Part shown: positions 62,320 through 64,000 of the stretch, piece after piece
Layout: each line of letters opens with the position of its first letter
How positions within the stretch are numbered: position 1 is the first letter of the stretch
Assembly: GCA_963724325.1 (NCBI GenBank)
Contig: CAVRUH010000005.1
Location: forward strand, 64,001-128,000
DNA length: 64,000 nt
Source of the DNA: Waddliaceae bacterium
Lineage (GTDB): Bacteria > Chlamydiota > Chlamydiia > Chlamydiales > Waddliaceae
Direction of reading: 5' to 3'
Notes under the pieces: generated by a model
What the model saw: only the letters and a program-made list of their open reading frames with translations
The model's database searches: none
What the model was told of the DNA's origin: nothing
Translations under genes and position numbers: made by a program

Positions 62320-63423
62320 ATGTTAAAATGTTTATTATCTATCTTCCTATTCATCTTCACATTTTCACTTCAAGCTGATCAACAACCGGAATTTCATGGA
62401 AAAATTATCGTTCTGTGGTCCGGCCTCGGCGAATATGCCTGGGCAAAAAGATTAGAGGTCGCCTGCAACCGCCTCGGATGGGAATGCATAACATCATTTG
62501 ACTCCAAACAAATGTCTAATTTTGATAAAATGGTGCAAAAAGATCCCGTCACCCCAGACGAAATCAAAACCCTCATAGAAAAACATCAGCCCGATTTTGT
62601 CCTCAACCTTAAATCAGATACAATACACTCGGCAAAAGTCTGCAACTATTTTTCTGCCACAGGAACTCTCGAATCAGTTTTCGATCTAAAATTTTCTCCT
62701 CCTACAAAAATCCTGGCCTTTGATGGAATCCTATACTGCTCCCGAAGTATCAACGGACTAAAACTATTTTTTGAAAGACACGGAAAAAAATTCCACGGCA
62801 TGGAATGGTACCCCTCATCCCCAAAAACCGATTACCAACCAGTCAGCGCAACACGACTGTTCTACTGCGGATTCCAATGGGACAATAAACGAAATGGCGC
62901 AGAATACCGTAAATTATTTTCAATGCTCGATAAACAGGGGACCCTAGATATCTATGGCCCCGCCTCAAGTTGGGACTGCGCTCCCAATTCCGTTAAAGGC
63001 TTCACCTTCGATGAAGAAGAATTCCGTCAAGCCATGCGAAAATCGGGGATCGTCCTCATCCTCCACGCTCAAGGCAACCTAGACTTGGGTACCCCAGCCG
63101 CCCGCATCTTCGAAGCCTCAGCAGCTTCATGCGTCATCATAAGCGATCGTCATCCTTTCGTAGTACAGGAATTTGGAGACTCCATCCTCTACGTCGATCA
63201 TACTCAACCGGGTGATATCCTTTTCCAACAAATCGATGCACATCGCCAATGGATTCTAACCCATCCTGCTGAAGCCGAAGCCATGGCCCGCAAAGCCCAC
63301 GGAATTTTTGTGAACAAATTCACCCTAGAAAAACAACTTCAAGATCTAAAAACAATGCATCTTAACGTTCTAGCTGAAAAGATCGGAAAAAGTAAAATTG
63401 ATTTAAAAGAACCTTTCTTGTAA
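62320..63423 (+). CDS. Glycosyltransferase (CgeB/Glyco_trans_1_2-like) with N-terminal signal peptide
   Basis: LDIYG...W, RIFEASAASCVIISD, AEAMARKAH. Confidence 0.72.
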   Translation: MLKCLLSIFLFIFTFSLQADQQPEFHGKIIVLWSGLGEYAWAKRLEVACNRLGWECITSFDSKQMSNFDKMVQKDPVTPDEIKTLIEKHQPDFVLNLKSDTIHSAKVCNYFSATGTLESVFDLKFSPPTKILAFDGILYCSRSINGLKLFFERHGKKFHGMEWYPSSPKTDYQPVSATRLFYCGFQWDNKRNGAEYRKLFSMLDKQGTLDIYGPASSWDCAPNSVKGFTFDEEEFRQAMRKSGIVLILHAQGNLDLGTPAARIFEASAASCVIISDRHPFVVQEFGDSILYVDHTQPGDILFQQIDAHRQWILTHPAEAEAMARKAHGIFVNKFTLEKQLQDLKTMHLNVLAEKIGKSKIDLKEPFL

Positions 63424-63453
63424 AATGGTATATTTTAGTCAACACAGATTGAG

Positions 63454-64000
63454 ATGATAACAACAAGTCCTAACATTAAAAAAGCATCCAGATTCCAACG
63501 GACAATAAAATCCGATGTTTCCTTCTCCGGTATCGGCATCCACACCGGCACCAAAGTTTCCATCCGCTTCCGCCCAGAAAAAGAAGGCTCTGGCATATAC
63601 TTCAAGCGCATCGACCTCCCCGGACAACCCATCATCCCCGCAACACTCGAATACGTATGCGATACCTCCCGCAGCACCTCCATTGGCGTGGCCGATATCC
63701 GCATCCACACCATCGAACACGTCCTAGCAGCCGTTCGCGCTTTCAACATCGACAACCTATGCATCGAAATTTCCTCCATAGAACCTCCCGTCGGCAACGG
63801 AAGCTCCGACGTCTTCATCAAAATGCTCGAAAGCGTCGGCATCGAAGAACAATCAACTACAACTCCCATCTTCAAACTAACCCATCCAATCTACTGGGCA
63901 GAAGACGACATCCAACTCATCGCCATCCCCCACGACACCTACCGCATCAGCTACACCCTCAGCTACCCCGAATCTCAAATCCTCAAAGCCCAATTCCACT
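63454..64000 (+). CDS. lpxC: UDP-3-O-acyl-GlcNAc deacetylase, partial (runs off the window)
   Basis: Hand-translated QRTIKSDVSFSGIGIHTG...FKRIDL...TIEHVLAA...IDNL...EPPVGNGSS; absent from the ORF track because no stop falls in the window. Confidence 0.95.
   Translation, partial: MITTSPNIKKASRFQRTIKSDVSFSGIGIHTGTKVSIRFRPEKEGSGIYFKRIDLPGQPIIPATLEYVCDTSRSTSIGVADIRIHTIEHVLAAVRAFNIDNLCIEISSIEPPVGNGSSDVFIKMLESVGIEEQSTTTPIFKLTHPIYWAEDDIQLIAIPHDTYRISYTLSYPESQILKAQFH

Noticed and set aside
63435..63875. Minus-strand ORFs of 146 and 93 aa and a plus-strand 70-aa ORF
   Set aside because: Shadows of lpxC, kept open by the extreme codon skew

Overview
AT-rich bacterial chromosome segment, most likely from an environmental member of Chlamydiae. 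Evidence: a CT275-like DnaA N-terminus, a DUF2608 protein, a SycD/LcrH-type chaperone, a BTB/Skp1-like plus LRR-like effector candidate, and the lpxK-gltT and kdsD-methyltransferase gene order. Housekeeping genes (tRNA-Phe, rplU-rpmA-obgE, valS, hemH, dnaA, gmhA, lpxK, icd, kdsD, copA, partial lpxC) are mixed with orphan and effector-like genes. Three things stand out. (1) A family of intergenic palindromic REP/MITE-like elements with core AACAGGATATGCA(T/G)GATCGCAAGCGGCAGGATATGAA sits at four sites as tandem arrays and long hairpins, and the flanking DNA shows a local C-over-G strand bias pointing toward the arrays. (2) A putative synthase-type surface-polysaccharide locus encodes a TPR/beta-barrel, a single-domain receiver, a HEAT protein, a GT2 synthase, a REC-Hpt-nucleotide-sugar dehydrogenase fusion, an epimerase and a glycosyltransferase, and is interrupted by a decayed mazEF and a Zn/Mn ABC operon. 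(3) A T3SS-type chaperone is followed by two tandem eukaryote-like kinases. Two homopolymer frameshifts (valS and a ~1650-aa orphan) may be sequencing errors. All family calls come from motif recognition by eye; no searches were run.
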